Assembly: GCA_041615815.1 (NCBI GenBank)
Contig: JBFJCP010000026.1
Location: 1-64,000, forward strand
Direction: 5' to 3'
Source: Gemmatimonadales bacterium
Lineage (GTDB): Bacteria; Gemmatimonadota; Gemmatimonadetes; Gemmatimonadales; GWC2-71-9
Length of the DNA stretch: 64,000 nt
In this document: positions 9,182 through 19,900 of the stretch, piece by piece
Layout: each line of letters opens with the position of its first letter
Position numbering within the stretch: the first letter of the stretch is position 1
Program-made: the position numbers and the translations under genes
The notes under the pieces: model-generated
The model's database searches: none
What the model was told of the DNA's origin: nothing
Seen by the model: only the letters and a program-made list of their open reading frames with translations

Positions 9182-10675
9182 ATGCCGGCTCTGACGGTTT
9201 GCATCCGAGCCAGCGTCACTGCTGCGCTGCTCTTCGGCACGGCGTGTCAGACATCCCAAGCCCCGTTTGACGTGGTGCTTTCCAATGGGCGCGTCATGGA
9301 TCCCGAGTCGGGATTGGATGCGGTACGACACGTGGGAATTCGTGACGGTCGCATTGGCGCCATCTCCACCGCACCCCTCGATGGCCGGGAGATCGTGGAC
9401 GCGGAGGGCCTCGTCGTCGCGCCCGGATTCATCGACCTCCACGCCCACGGACAGGACTCGCTGAGCAATCGCTATCAGGCGCGGGACGGGGTGACCACCG
9501 CCCTGGACCTGGAAGGCGGCGTCTTCCCCGTCGCCGGCTGGTACGCCTCCCGCGAGGGTTCGGCGGTGATCCACTACGGTGCGACGGTCGGACACATCCC
9601 GGCACGGGTGAAACTCAAACACGAAATCGATGTCGGACATTTTTCCACGAATCCCAACGCGCTCGCACGAGGATTCAACATCGCGGCGGCGACGTACGAG
9701 GCGGCGAGCCCAACCGAGATCGACGAGCTCTTGGGATTACTTGGGCAGGGTCTCACGGAGGGAGCGCTCGGGATCGGGATGGGGTTGGCCTACACACCGG
9801 GTGCCCGCCGGGAAGAAGTGCTCGCCATGTTCCGCGTCGCGGCGGCACGCCGCGTTCCCGCGTTTGTACATGTCCGCTCCGCTGGCGAGATGGAGCCCGG
9901 AAGTAGCATCGAGGCGGTGCAGGAGGTGATCGCCAATGCCGCAGCCACGGGGGCGTCGCTCCACATCGTGCACATCACGAGCAGTGGAGGCCGGCAGACA
10001 CCGCTGGCGCTCGAGATCATCGAAGGCGCCCGCGCCAGCGGGCTGGATGTGACCACCGAGGCGTATCCCTACACCGCCTGGTCCACTTATCTCGAGAGTG
10101 CGCTGTTCGATGATGGGTGGCGCGAGCAATTCGGCATGGACTACGGGGATCTGCAATGGGTGGAGACGGGCGAACGCCTCACGGCCTCGACCTTCACGTC
10201 CTACCGCCAGCGCGGTGGGCTCGTCATCGGGCACGGCATCCCAGAGGACGTGGCCGCATATGCGGTAGGTCACCCCGCCGTCATGATCGCATCCGACGGC
10301 CTACCGTTTCGCACCGGAGGAGAACACCCACGAGGGGCCGGGACGTTTGCTCGCGTGCTAGGCCATTACGTTCGCGAGAAGCAGGCATTGGGATTGATGG
10401 ATGCCTTGCGAAAGATGACGATCATGCCCGCGCAGCGCCTCGAAGCGCACGTTCCGGCCATGAGAGACAAAGGACGCATCCGGCAAGGCGCCGATGCGGA
10501 CATCACCGTGTTCGATCCCGACCGGGTCATTGACCGGGCCACGTTCCAGCAGTCGATGCGCTTCTCAGAGGGTATCGTGCACGTCATCGTGGACGGGACT
10601 TTCGTGGTGCGGGACGGAGAATCGCTGCCCGGTGTTTTCCCCGGTCGCGCCATCACGACGAGGTCACCCTCATGA
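9182..10675 (+). CDS. Amidohydrolase (N-acyl-D-amino-acid deacylase-like), lipoprotein
   Basis: PGFIDLHAH, ASDG, HPRGAGTFARVLG and GADADITVFD. Lipobox-like LLFGTAC. Confidence 0.88.
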   Translation: MPALTVCIRASVTAALLFGTACQTSQAPFDVVLSNGRVMDPESGLDAVRHVGIRDGRIGAISTAPLDGREIVDAEGLVVAPGFIDLHAHGQDSLSNRYQARDGVTTALDLEGGVFPVAGWYASREGSAVIHYGATVGHIPARVKLKHEIDVGHFSTNPNALARGFNIAAATYEAASPTEIDELLGLLGQGLTEGALGIGMGLAYTPGARREEVLAMFRVAAARRVPAFVHVRSAGEMEPGSSIEAVQEVIANAAATGASLHIVHITSSGGRQTPLALEIIEGARASGLDVTTEAYPYTAWSTYLESALFDDGWREQFGMDYGDLQWVETGERLTASTFTSYRQRGGLVIGHGIPEDVAAYAVGHPAVMIASDGLPFRTGGEHPRGAGTFARVLGHYVREKQALGLMDALRKMTIMPAQRLEAHVPAMRDKGRIRQGADADITVFDPDRVIDRATFQQSMRFSEGIVHVIVDGTFVVRDGESLPGVFPGRAITTRSPS

Positions 10676-10707
10676 GCGCGGGCTGACACCGCGACACGAG
10701 ACAGGCG

Positions 10708-11871
10708 ATGAACGTCCATGTTGATCGTGGGTACGTCACCGATCTCCTTGCCGATTTGGTGCGCATCAACTCGGTGAATCCAGCGTTTACCGACGGCCGT
10801 ACCGACGAGCGGGAGATCGGATGGTACCTCGTGGATGTGCTGACCCACGTCGGTCTCGACGTGTCCACGAGAGAACCGGAGACCGGGAGGCTCAGCGTCA
10901 TCGGCCGTTATGACAGCGGCACCCCCGGCCCTCGCGTCATCCTCTACGCTCATGTAGACACGGTCGGGGTGGAGGAGATGGCGGCGCCCTTTTCGGCGGA
11001 GTTGCGGGAGGGACGGCTCTACGGGCGAGGGGCATACGACATGAAGGGCGGTCTGACGGCCTGCGTTGCGGCGGCCAAAGTGCTGGCCCAAATGGAACGC
11101 CCAACTCGCGGTGAGGTGCTCGTGACCGCGGTGGCGGACGAGGAAGTTGCTAGCATAGGCATGGCAGACGTGCTAGAGCAGGTCCGTGCGGACGCCGCGA
11201 TCGTCACCGAGCCGACGGAGCTCGACGTCTGTATCGCCCACAAGGGGTTCTGCTGGATCGAGGTGGAAACGTACGGGCACGCGGCGCATGGCAGCCGCTT
11301 TGACCTGGGCGTCGATGCCAACATGCGGATGGGGCGTTTCCTCGCCCGGCTCGATCGACTCGAGCGGGAGCTGCGTCTCTCCACGGGCCATGGGCTCGTG
11401 GGTCCACCCTCGCTTCACGCCCCGATCATTCGTGGGGGGTCCGGGCCATCCACCTATGCAGCAAAGTGCCGCCTCGAGATCGAACGTCGCACGATCCCCG
11501 GGGAAAACGAGGCCCTGGCCATGGGGGAAGTGCAGGACATCGTACGGATCCTGCAGGAGGAAGACCCGACTTTCGATGCCCATGTGCGCAAGCTCATCGC
11601 CCGTGCCCCGTTCGAGATCTCTCGCGACACCCGCATCGTGCAGACGATCCGCCAAGCGGCCGGGATGGTCCTCGGGGGGGAGCCCACGATCGTCGGGGCG
11701 CCGTATTGGATGGACGCAGCGCTGTTGCAGGCGGCCGGAATCGAGACAGTGGTGATGGGCCCTATCGGAGAGGGCGCCCACGCCGTCGAAGAATGGGTGG
11801 ATGTAGAATCGGTCGCCGCCCTCGCCGAGATTCTCGTACACGCGGTCCTCGCGTATTGTGAGGAGATCTAG
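10708..11871 (+). CDS. ArgE/DapE-family M20 deacylase
   Basis: HVDTV, GRGAYDMKGG, DEE, TEPT, GHAAHG and GAHAVEEWV. Confidence 0.92.
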   Translation: MNVHVDRGYVTDLLADLVRINSVNPAFTDGRTDEREIGWYLVDVLTHVGLDVSTREPETGRLSVIGRYDSGTPGPRVILYAHVDTVGVEEMAAPFSAELREGRLYGRGAYDMKGGLTACVAAAKVLAQMERPTRGEVLVTAVADEEVASIGMADVLEQVRADAAIVTEPTELDVCIAHKGFCWIEVETYGHAAHGSRFDLGVDANMRMGRFLARLDRLERELRLSTGHGLVGPPSLHAPIIRGGSGPSTYAAKCRLEIERRTIPGENEALAMGEVQDIVRILQEEDPTFDAHVRKLIARAPFEISRDTRIVQTIRQAAGMVLGGEPTIVGAPYWMDAALLQAAGIETVVMGPIGEGAHAVEEWVDVESVAALAEILVHAVLAYCEEI

Positions 11872-11900
11872 CGCGTCGGTGCCCATCCCGGCCCTCGCGT

Positions 11901-13364
11901 CTATTCTCCCAGACTCTCGAACAATCGCCGCACACGCTCGTCGGCCGGACCGCCACCCCGTAATCCCAACGTGATGTATGCGGCCGTTGACAGCAGCATG
12001 GCTGGAAACAACGCGTGAATCCGGCTGCCGAGCGGCAGGTACTTCCATCCCACGAGCACGGCCACCCCCACCACGAACGACGCGATGACCGCTCGCCCGT
12101 TCCCTCGATGCCAATGCAAACCCAAGACGATGGCCGGCAGAAAACACGCGGCGTACAGGCTCCCGGAGAACGCGGTGAGGGTCACGATCTGTCCTGGCGG
12201 GTCGAGCGCGATCAGCGCGGTGATCACGGCAAACAGGGCCACGTACCACCTGGTTGCCCGAATCATCGACGCATCCGTGCCCCCCGGACGCCAGACGCTC
12301 ACGAGGTCACGCTCGCAGGTCGAGGCCATGACGAGCAGAACGCTGTCCAGAGACGACATGGCGGCGGCCACCATCGCGACCAGCAGAAACGCCGAGACGG
12401 CGGGATGGAAGACATTCCCCCCGCTCAACAGCATGGGGACCACGAGATCGGTGTCGGTGACAGGGGTGGCGAGAACGCGATGGGCATAGAGCCCAATCGG
12501 AAGAAGGAGCGAGTAGACCACGAGAAATGCGAGGGTCGATACCCACATCCCGGATCGCGTGGCACGGTGATCCTCGAGCGCATAGAACCGCGAGAGCTGC
12601 CGGGGCTCCACCACGAACTTCATCGTGCCGGCGACCACGATCCCGATGAGGACCGGAAACGGCATGGCAGCGTCCCATCGAAAGAGCGGTGTGGTGTCCG
12701 GGGACGAGCGCAGCACGTCGAGCGCGCCGAGCCCACCGGCGGCGGAGATGGTCCCGCCGAACAGCAGCAGAGCCGCAAAGACCATGACGACTCCCTGGAC
12801 GACGTCGGTCCGCACCACGGACACGAAGCCCCCGACCGCCGTATACAACATCACGATGACGAGCACAACACCGATGGCCAGTGGATACGGAACCTCGAGG
12901 AACACTTCCAGGAGATTGCCGATTCCCTTGAAAACGGCCGTCATGTAGAGGAAGCTGGAAAACAGCACGATGAGCGCCGCCGCCACCCGCGCGGGAACAC
13001 TGGAAAAACGGAAGCCAATGAAATCCGGGATCGTGACCGATTCCAACGACGCGGTAAATCGGCGCAGGCGGGGTGCGACCACGGCCCAAGCGACGATGCA
13101 GAACACGACGGCCACGGGTGCCAGTAACAGCCACGGGGCGCCGTACGCGTACGCCTGACCAGAAAAGCCGACGAAACTGTTGGTGCTCGAGTACGTGGCA
13201 AAAAAGGACAGGCCGAGGGCCACGCCGCCCATCGTTCGCCCACCCACGTAATAGTCGACGATGCCACGAGTGCGCCGCTTTCCCTCGAGGGCATGGTATG
13301 CCATGAGGCCGGTGTAAAGGGCGAGCAGCGTGATGGCGAAACCGTGGGCCTCGAGCCATTGCAT
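11901..13364 (-). CDS. Sodium:solute symporter (PanF/PutP family)
   Basis: YYVGGR, SFFATYSSTNSFVG, YTAVGG..SVVRTD and AAAMSSLDS, with about 13 TM segments. Confidence 0.9.
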   Translation of the reverse strand: MQWLEAHGFAITLLALYTGLMAYHALEGKRRTRGIVDYYVGGRTMGGVALGLSFFATYSSTNSFVGFSGQAYAYGAPWLLLAPVAVVFCIVAWAVVAPRLRRFTASLESVTIPDFIGFRFSSVPARVAAALIVLFSSFLYMTAVFKGIGNLLEVFLEVPYPLAIGVVLVIVMLYTAVGGFVSVVRTDVVQGVVMVFAALLLFGGTISAAGGLGALDVLRSSPDTTPLFRWDAAMPFPVLIGIVVAGTMKFVVEPRQLSRFYALEDHRATRSGMWVSTLAFLVVYSLLLPIGLYAHRVLATPVTDTDLVVPMLLSGGNVFHPAVSAFLLVAMVAAAMSSLDSVLLVMASTCERDLVSVWRPGGTDASMIRATRWYVALFAVITALIALDPPGQIVTLTAFSGSLYAACFLPAIVLGLHWHRGNGRAVIASFVVGVAVLVGWKYLPLGSRIHALFPAMLLSTAAYITLGLRGGGPADERVRRLFESLGE

Positions 13365-13658
13365 GAGGGCGCACACCTCTATTTAGTGGGGCCGCCGCCC
13401 AATTAACTCGCATTGTGGGCTCGAGCAACCCAAAGCGCGTCCAATACGCTCATCGCCGCGGGACCACGGTGGACGTCGGCGGGATGCAGATGCCCGAGCG
13501 GCCGGAAGAACGGTTCGTCGAGGGGTGGTGGCTCGGGCGGGGTCATGGCTTCCCCGACGCCGCCCGGCGAGGGCTCCCCGTGGCCACGCGGCCTGGTCGG
13601 TGGGAATCCCAATACCTATAGTACAGGCGCCTGGACAGGACGACTGAGTATCTCAATC

Positions 13659-16625
13659 GTGAAGAATCACTACGAGCGTGTGAAGGCCGCCCTGGCGGAT
13701 CGCTACGCCTTGGTACGGGAGCTGGGGCGAGGTGGGGCCGCCACGGTCTACGTGGCAAAGGACCTGAACCACAACCGCGAGGTTGCGGTCAAGGTATTGC
13801 GGCCGGAGCTCACCGCGGCGGTGAGCGCCGAGCGCTTCCTGCGAGAGATCGAGATCGCGGCAAACCTGTCCCATCCCCACATCCTGCCAGTCTACGATTC
13901 GGGAACGGCCGGAGGGGTCTTGTACTACGTCATGCCGCTCGTGGAAGGCGAATCCCTGCGCGCTCGTATCAATCGAGAGACGCAATTGCCGCTTGAGGAT
14001 GCGCTCAAGATCACGCGCGAGGTCGCGGATGCACTTGGCCATGCGCACAGCTACGGGGTCGTGCACCGGGACGTGAAACCGGAGAACATTCTTCTTTCCG
14101 GGGACCACGCCATCATCGCCGATTTTGGGGTGGCGCGCGCCGTCGAGATGGCCGGAACGGATCGACTCACGGAGACAGGCCTCGTCGTCGGAACGCCCGC
14201 CTACATGAGCCCGGAACAGGCCAGCGGCGATTCTCGAGTGGACGGGCGTGCGGATCTCTACTCCCTGGCGTGCGTGCTCTATGAGATGGTGGGGGGAGAA
14301 CCGCCACACTCCGGTCCAACGCCGCAGGCCATTCTCGCGCGACAGCTCACCGGTGAAGTTCGGTCGCTGCGTCCGCTCCGCTCAACGGTCTCACCCGCGC
14401 TCGACCGCGCCATTCGCCGGGCGCTGGCTCCAGCGGCCGCAGACCGGTACCCCACGGCGAGCGACTTCGTCCGGAGTCTTGCTGCGGGCGAAGCCGAACC
14501 CACCACGCCGCCGGCGCGGCCCGTCGGTGCCCGGCTGGCGCTCGGTGTTGTCGGTGCGCTGGTATTGGGAGCCGTGGCCTACGTGGGGCTGGGTCGGGAC
14601 GGCGCGGTCAGCTCCGTGACCGATGACCGGCTTGCGGTCGCCGTCTTTCCCTTTCGACCCACAGACGCCGACGCGGCACAATGGTCCGAGCAGGTACCGG
14701 ATCTCCTGGCCACGGTCCTCGATGGCACGCCGGAGGTCCGTGTTGCGGATCCGTGGTCGCTGTGGCGGACGCTACGTCCCGAGCGGACGGCCCGAGCGGT
14801 CAGTCCCGTGGACCCCCTCGAGGCGAGCGAGATTGCTGGCGACGCGGGAGCGGACCGGTTCGTCCTGGGTACCGTGACCGACGATGCGGGCATCATTCGC
14901 CTCAACGTTCGAGTGTATCGGGCCGGGGTCGGCGAACCGCTCCGCGCCTTCTTGTTCGATGGGCCAGCAGATAGCCTGGGAGGTTTGGTTCAACGTCTTG
15001 CCGTGGCGATCATTGGGGAGGTGTTTCCGCGGAGACCTGCCACGGACCTCCCCGGATCATCGGTTGCCGGCTACGGCACGCAGTCCGCCGACGCGCTCAA
15101 ATCCTATCTCCGTGCCCGGGATGCGATGCGGCGCGGCCAAGTGGACGAGGCCGACGCGGCGATCGACCAGGCAGTGGCCGCAGACTCGACATTTGCGCTC
15201 GCCTTGGTGGAAGCGACGACCATCAAGTCGTGGGTGATGTTTCTCAGCGGGGAGTTCTTCCGGGGCCTCATGGAGCTCGCCGAGCGGGCCGTGCGCTATA
15301 GTGACTCTCTGAGCGAGCGGAACCGCCTGCGCGCGAGGTCGGCCTTGGCCTCCATCCGAACCGACGGCATTACCGCTGCGGAAGCAGCGACACGGATCGT
15401 CCAAATCGACAGCTCGGATGTGGACGGCTGGCGCCGTCTGGCGTACTACCAGTCCGTGTATGGATGGCAGTTTGGTGCCGACGAGTACGACGCCGTTCGC
15501 TCGGCTGAGCGGGCCGTCCAACTCGACTCGACCTTCATCCCGTCGTTGCTCAGCCGCGCCTGGCTTTCGGTTACGTGGGAGAATCCCGAAGACATTCGCG
15601 TGCAGATGGTGCGATTGGGGCAGGTGGATACTACCAACGCCCTGGTACGGGCAACGTTGATCGCGCTGCGTGGCGTGCTGGCCGATGATCGGGAGTTCGA
15701 TGCGCTCGCCGACACGATCGGCGCGGCACCGTTCCGGGAGTGGTTGACTGCCATTCGCTACCTTCGGTCGCTGCGCCCGAGCCGCGCCGAGGCGGTGCTC
15801 GATCGCCTGCGTGGCCGGGCGAGTCCAGGGACTCCTCAACGGGCGGTGCTCGGCGAAATCGCGCGCCTCAAGATTGCCGAGGGCCGTATCGCAGAAGTCG
15901 ACTCGGGCATCGCGGCGGGGGACTACGAAGTCCAGGAACTCTATAAGAACCTGCGCCGCTTTTTCGTGGCAGCCAGTATAGCGGGCGTCGGCGACCCGGC
16001 CGTGAGTGAACGGGCTGTCGCCTGGCTCGAGGAGTACGTGCCACCGGATTCCGCGCTTCACTACTTCGAGACGCGCCCCGTCTGGTGGACCCTCTGGTTG
16101 GTGGGGGCCTATCACGCGACGGTCGGCGATACCCTGATCACACAGCGCTGGAAGGAGGCTATCGGGACACTGCCGGCCGGCGGCACGTCGTCGGACTACC
16201 GTGGCGGACTTCAGGCCGACTTGGATGCCCGTGTCGCTGCACGTCGCGGCGATCTGACCGCTGCCGTCCCGCTGGCCGAGCGTGCCGTTCACTTGTGGTC
16301 CATCCATACCGACAACGACTGGGAAGCCTTGGCCGCGCCCGCCATGCGGTTCCACCTCGCGATGCTGATGCGAGCCACGGGGCGTCCGGACAGTGCCGAG
16401 GCCCTGCTTCACTCGCTCGTGCCGCCGACGACGTGGATGGGCTTCTACACCGCCCGAGCGTCCTACGAGCTCGGTCAGCTGGCCGAGGCTCGTGAGGACT
16501 TCGAGGACGCGGCACGCTATTACCTGGCGGCTGTGCGCCTGTGGGAGCGGGGGGGCGCCGAGGTGCGCGAGTGGCGCGAACAGGCCACGCAGGGGCTTCG
16601 GCGCGTCGTCGGACGTCGGGGCTAG
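13659..16625 (+). CDS. Hanks-type Ser/Thr protein kinase with TM helix and C-terminal TolB-N-like/TPR region
   Basis: GRGGAATVY, VAVK, HRDVKPEN, DFG and GTPAYMSPEQ. TM segment LALGVVGALVLGAVAYV. GTG 13659 is the inferred start. Confidence 0.9.
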   Translation: MKNHYERVKAALADRYALVRELGRGGAATVYVAKDLNHNREVAVKVLRPELTAAVSAERFLREIEIAANLSHPHILPVYDSGTAGGVLYYVMPLVEGESLRARINRETQLPLEDALKITREVADALGHAHSYGVVHRDVKPENILLSGDHAIIADFGVARAVEMAGTDRLTETGLVVGTPAYMSPEQASGDSRVDGRADLYSLACVLYEMVGGEPPHSGPTPQAILARQLTGEVRSLRPLRSTVSPALDRAIRRALAPAAADRYPTASDFVRSLAAGEAEPTTPPARPVGARLALGVVGALVLGAVAYVGLGRDGAVSSVTDDRLAVAVFPFRPTDADAAQWSEQVPDLLATVLDGTPEVRVADPWSLWRTLRPERTARAVSPVDPLEASEIAGDAGADRFVLGTVTDDAGIIRLNVRVYRAGVGEPLRAFLFDGPADSLGGLVQRLAVAIIGEVFPRRPATDLPGSSVAGYGTQSADALKSYLRARDAMRRGQVDEADAAIDQAVAADSTFALALVEATTIKSWVMFLSGEFFRGLMELAERAVRYSDSLSERNRLRARSALASIRTDGITAAEAATRIVQIDSSDVDGWRRLAYYQSVYGWQFGADEYDAVRSAERAVQLDSTFIPSLLSRAWLSVTWENPEDIRVQMVRLGQVDTTNALVRATLIALRGVLADDREFDALADTIGAAPFREWLTAIRYLRSLRPSRAEAVLDRLRGRASPGTPQRAVLGEIARLKIAEGRIAEVDSGIAAGDYEVQELYKNLRRFFVAASIAGVGDPAVSERAVAWLEEYVPPDSALHYFETRPVWWTLWLVGAYHATVGDTLITQRWKEAIGTLPAGGTSSDYRGGLQADLDARVAARRGDLTAAVPLAERAVHLWSIHTDNDWEALAAPAMRFHLAMLMRATGRPDSAEALLHSLVPPTTWMGFYTARASYELGQLAEAREDFEDAARYYLAAVRLWERGGAEVREWREQATQGLRRVVGRRG

Positions 16626-16713
16626 CATCACCACCCGTGCTTCCCTCCAACAGGGTACGAAGGTAGTCTAGAGCACGTTCGTTCCTGATCTCTCCCTGTC
16701 TCGTGGGCACATC

Positions 16714-19700
16714 ATGATGCACGAAGCCAAGCGTCTTGCAAAGTTCTGCGTTGCCATCCTTCTGGGTAGCGGCACTGCGCTCAACGCGCAAGAGATGCAG
16801 CTCGATCCCTCGCTCTATCAGAGCATGGAATGGCGCAATATCGGCCCGTACCGCGGCGGTCGCTCGGTGGCCGTCGCCGGAGTGACCTCCAAGCCGCTCG
16901 TCTACTACTTCGGCGGGGTGGGCAGCGGGGTGTGGAAGACGACCGATGCGGGGCAGACGTGGAGTAATGTCTCCGACTCGACGTTTGGGACCTCGTCGGT
17001 GGGCGCGCTGGCCGTGGCACCGTCGGATCCCAACGTGATCTACGTCGGCATGGGGGAGCACGCGGTACGTGGGGTGGCCACGTCCTATGGAGACGGTGTC
17101 TATAAATCGACCGACGCCGGAAAAACGTGGCGGCATATGGGGCTGCGGGAGACGCGGCATGTCGCCGCGGTGGTCGTGCATCCGACGAATGCGGATCTCG
17201 TCTATGTGGCGGCGCAGGGCGCCGTCCATGGGCCCACCGAGCACCGCGGTGTGTATCGGTCGAAAGACGGCGGCGCCACGTGGGAACGAGTCTTGTACTT
17301 GAACGAGACCACGGGCGCCAGCGCGCTCAGTATGGACCGAACAAATCCCCGTATCCTCTACGCAGGCACCTGGGATCACCTGCGGCGCCCGTGGGAGGTG
17401 CGGAGCGGCGGCCCGGGCAGTGGCATTCATAAGTCCACCGATGGCGGTGACACCTGGACGAGACTCACCAACGGATTCCCGGAGCTGATGGGGAAGACCA
17501 GCGTCTCGGTGTCAGCGGATCCGGAGCGGGTCTACGCCCTGGTGGAAGCCGATCCGGGTGGGGGGGTGTTTCGCTCCGACGACGGTGGCACGAGCTGGAA
17601 GAACATCAACGACAATTGGACGCTGAGGGCGCGCGCATGGTATTACATCCACATTCATGCAGACCCGCAAAACGCGGATGTCGTGTGGATCATGAACGCC
17701 CCACTCATGAAGAGTATCGATGGCGGCAAGAGCTTCACGCGGGTGCGCACGCCGCACGGCGACAATCACGCGTTGTGGATCAACCCCACCAACAGCGAAT
17801 ACCTGATCAATGGCAACGACGGCGGAGCCAACGTATCGCTCAACGGCGGTACCACGTGGTCCACACAACAGAATCAACCCACGGCACAGTTCTATCGTGT
17901 CAACACCGATAACCGGTTCCCGTACTACGTGTACGGCGGGCAGCAGGACAATTCGTCAGTCGCCATCGTGAGCCGGACCAGCGGTCGCGGCATCGGATGG
18001 AAGGATTGGTATGCTGTGGCGGGTTGTGAGAGCGCCTATGTCGCATTCGACCCCGACAATCCCGCGCGCAACTATGGCGGGTGCTATATGGGACAGATAG
18101 AGGAATTCGACGAAGCCATCCGAGAATCGCACAATGTGATGGCCTATCCGTTCCTACCGGCTGCCCTCGCCTCCAGGGACATCAAATATCGCTTCAATTG
18201 GAATGCGCCGATCGTCGTATCCCAACACGACCCCAGGGTGATCTACCATGCGGGCAACGTGCTGTTGAAGTCCACGAACCGCGGCCGAAGCTGGGAAGAG
18301 ATCAGTCCGGATCTCACTCGGGATGACGATGCCAAACAAGGACCCGGTGGGAGTCCGATCACCAACGAGGGTGCGGGAGGTGAAATCTACGGCACGATCA
18401 TGTACGTGGCCGAATCGCCGCACGATGCGGCCACCATCTGGACCGGGAGCGACGACGGACTCGTGCAGGTCACGCGGGACGGGGGCCGGAACTGGGCTAA
18501 CGTGACGCCTCGCGACATGCCGGAGGGCATGGTCAATGCCATCGATGTCTCACCCCACGATCCGGCCGTGGTCTACGTTGCCTTCACGCGATACAAGTTC
18601 AACGATTTCACGCCACACATCTACAAGTCCAGAGACTACGGACAGAGTTGGACGAGGATCGTGAAAGGCATCGCGCCTGACGCATTCGTGCGGGTGGTAC
18701 GCGAAGATCCGAAACGGCGGGGCCTCCTCTATGCCGGTACCGAAACGGGCCTCTATGTTTCCTGGAACGACGGGGCCGACTGGCAGTCGCTGCAGCTTGG
18801 GATGCCGATCACGCCCATCACCGATCTCAAGATTCAAGGTCAACACAACGATCTCGTGGCAGCAACGCAGGGCAGGGGATTCTGGATTCTGGATGATCTC
18901 TCCCCACTGCAGCAGATGAATCTTCGGATCGCCCGTTCACCGGTCCATCTGTTCGAGCCTCGGGATGCGTATCGCATGGCGGGGGGTGGCGGGTTCCAGT
19001 TCCCCATGGCGAATGCAGGAAAGAACCCACCAGCCGGTGCGATCGTCGATGTGTATCTGACTAATGCGAGCGATTCGATTACGGTGACCATGGACGTGCT
19101 GGACCCTGCGGGCGCCGTGATCCGAACGTATTCGACCGATCGGGAAGCCACGACGGACTCGAGTTCTGTGATCAAGGTCAAGCAGGGGCATAACCGCCTT
19201 TCGTGGGACCTGCGGTATGAAACCCTCGAGAACGTCCCCAAGCTGTACACGTGGGGGAGTCTCCGCGGGCACCGCGTCGCGCCGGGGACGTACCAGATTC
19301 GCGTATCGCAGGGAGATGTGAGCGTCACCGTACCGGTGAGCGTGCGGCGTGACCCGCGTGTGGACGCTACCGATGCCGACTTCCGCGATCAAGATCGCTT
19401 CATCGCGCGGGTGTCTGCGGAACTGTCCGCGATCCACCAGGGTGTGATTCGTCTTCAGCAGGTGCGAGCGCAGGTGGAGGACCTCATGGAGCGCACCAAG
19501 GATGCCGCAGCCGGCAAACCGGTGGGGGATGCGGGAAAACACCTCGTAGCCGATTTGACCGCCCTGGAAGACTCGCTGGTGCAAAAACGGGTCGCTGACG
19601 GACAGACGGTGATCAACTTCCCATCCCGCTTGCGGTTTCAATACGTCTACCTTCGGGGGGCGGTCGATGGCGCGGAGGGAATCGTGACGGACGGAGCCAA

Positions 19701-19884
19701 AGAGCTGTTTGGCGACCTTTCGGCGCGGTGGGCGCGACATGAGGCACAGCTCGAGGGGTTACTCGATCCCCGGCTGGCGGGCTTCAACCAGTTGATCGCC
19801 GAGCAGGGAATCCCGGCGGTTATCGTGCCACAGCCCGCTCAGCGTGCCACGACGACGGCGGCTCCCGAGAGCGAGCCCCGTTAG
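16714..19884 (+). CDS. Secreted BNR/Asp-box beta-propeller protein (VPS10/sortilin-like 'glycosyl hydrolase')
   Basis: Signal peptide, WRNIGPYRGGRS and many SxDxGxTW Asp-boxes. Confidence 0.88.
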   Translation: MMHEAKRLAKFCVAILLGSGTALNAQEMQLDPSLYQSMEWRNIGPYRGGRSVAVAGVTSKPLVYYFGGVGSGVWKTTDAGQTWSNVSDSTFGTSSVGALAVAPSDPNVIYVGMGEHAVRGVATSYGDGVYKSTDAGKTWRHMGLRETRHVAAVVVHPTNADLVYVAAQGAVHGPTEHRGVYRSKDGGATWERVLYLNETTGASALSMDRTNPRILYAGTWDHLRRPWEVRSGGPGSGIHKSTDGGDTWTRLTNGFPELMGKTSVSVSADPERVYALVEADPGGGVFRSDDGGTSWKNINDNWTLRARAWYYIHIHADPQNADVVWIMNAPLMKSIDGGKSFTRVRTPHGDNHALWINPTNSEYLINGNDGGANVSLNGGTTWSTQQNQPTAQFYRVNTDNRFPYYVYGGQQDNSSVAIVSRTSGRGIGWKDWYAVAGCESAYVAFDPDNPARNYGGCYMGQIEEFDEAIRESHNVMAYPFLPAALASRDIKYRFNWNAPIVVSQHDPRVIYHAGNVLLKSTNRGRSWEEISPDLTRDDDAKQGPGGSPITNEGAGGEIYGTIMYVAESPHDAATIWTGSDDGLVQVTRDGGRNWANVTPRDMPEGMVNAIDVSPHDPAVVYVAFTRYKFNDFTPHIYKSRDYGQSWTRIVKGIAPDAFVRVVREDPKRRGLLYAGTETGLYVSWNDGADWQSLQLGMPITPITDLKIQGQHNDLVAATQGRGFWILDDLSPLQQMNLRIARSPVHLFEPRDAYRMAGGGGFQFPMANAGKNPPAGAIVDVYLTNASDSITVTMDVLDPAGAVIRTYSTDREATTDSSSVIKVKQGHNRLSWDLRYETLENVPKLYTWGSLRGHRVAPGTYQIRVSQGDVSVTVPVSVRRDPRVDATDADFRDQDRFIARVSAELSAIHQGVIRLQQVRAQVEDLMERTKDAAAGKPVGDAGKHLVADLTALEDSLVQKRVADGQTVINFPSRLRFQYVYLRGAVDGAEGIVTDGAKELFGDLSARWARHEAQLEGLLDPRLAGFNQLIAEQGIPAVIVPQPAQRATTTAAPESEPR

Positions 19885-19900
19885 GGAAGGTGGCGCTGCC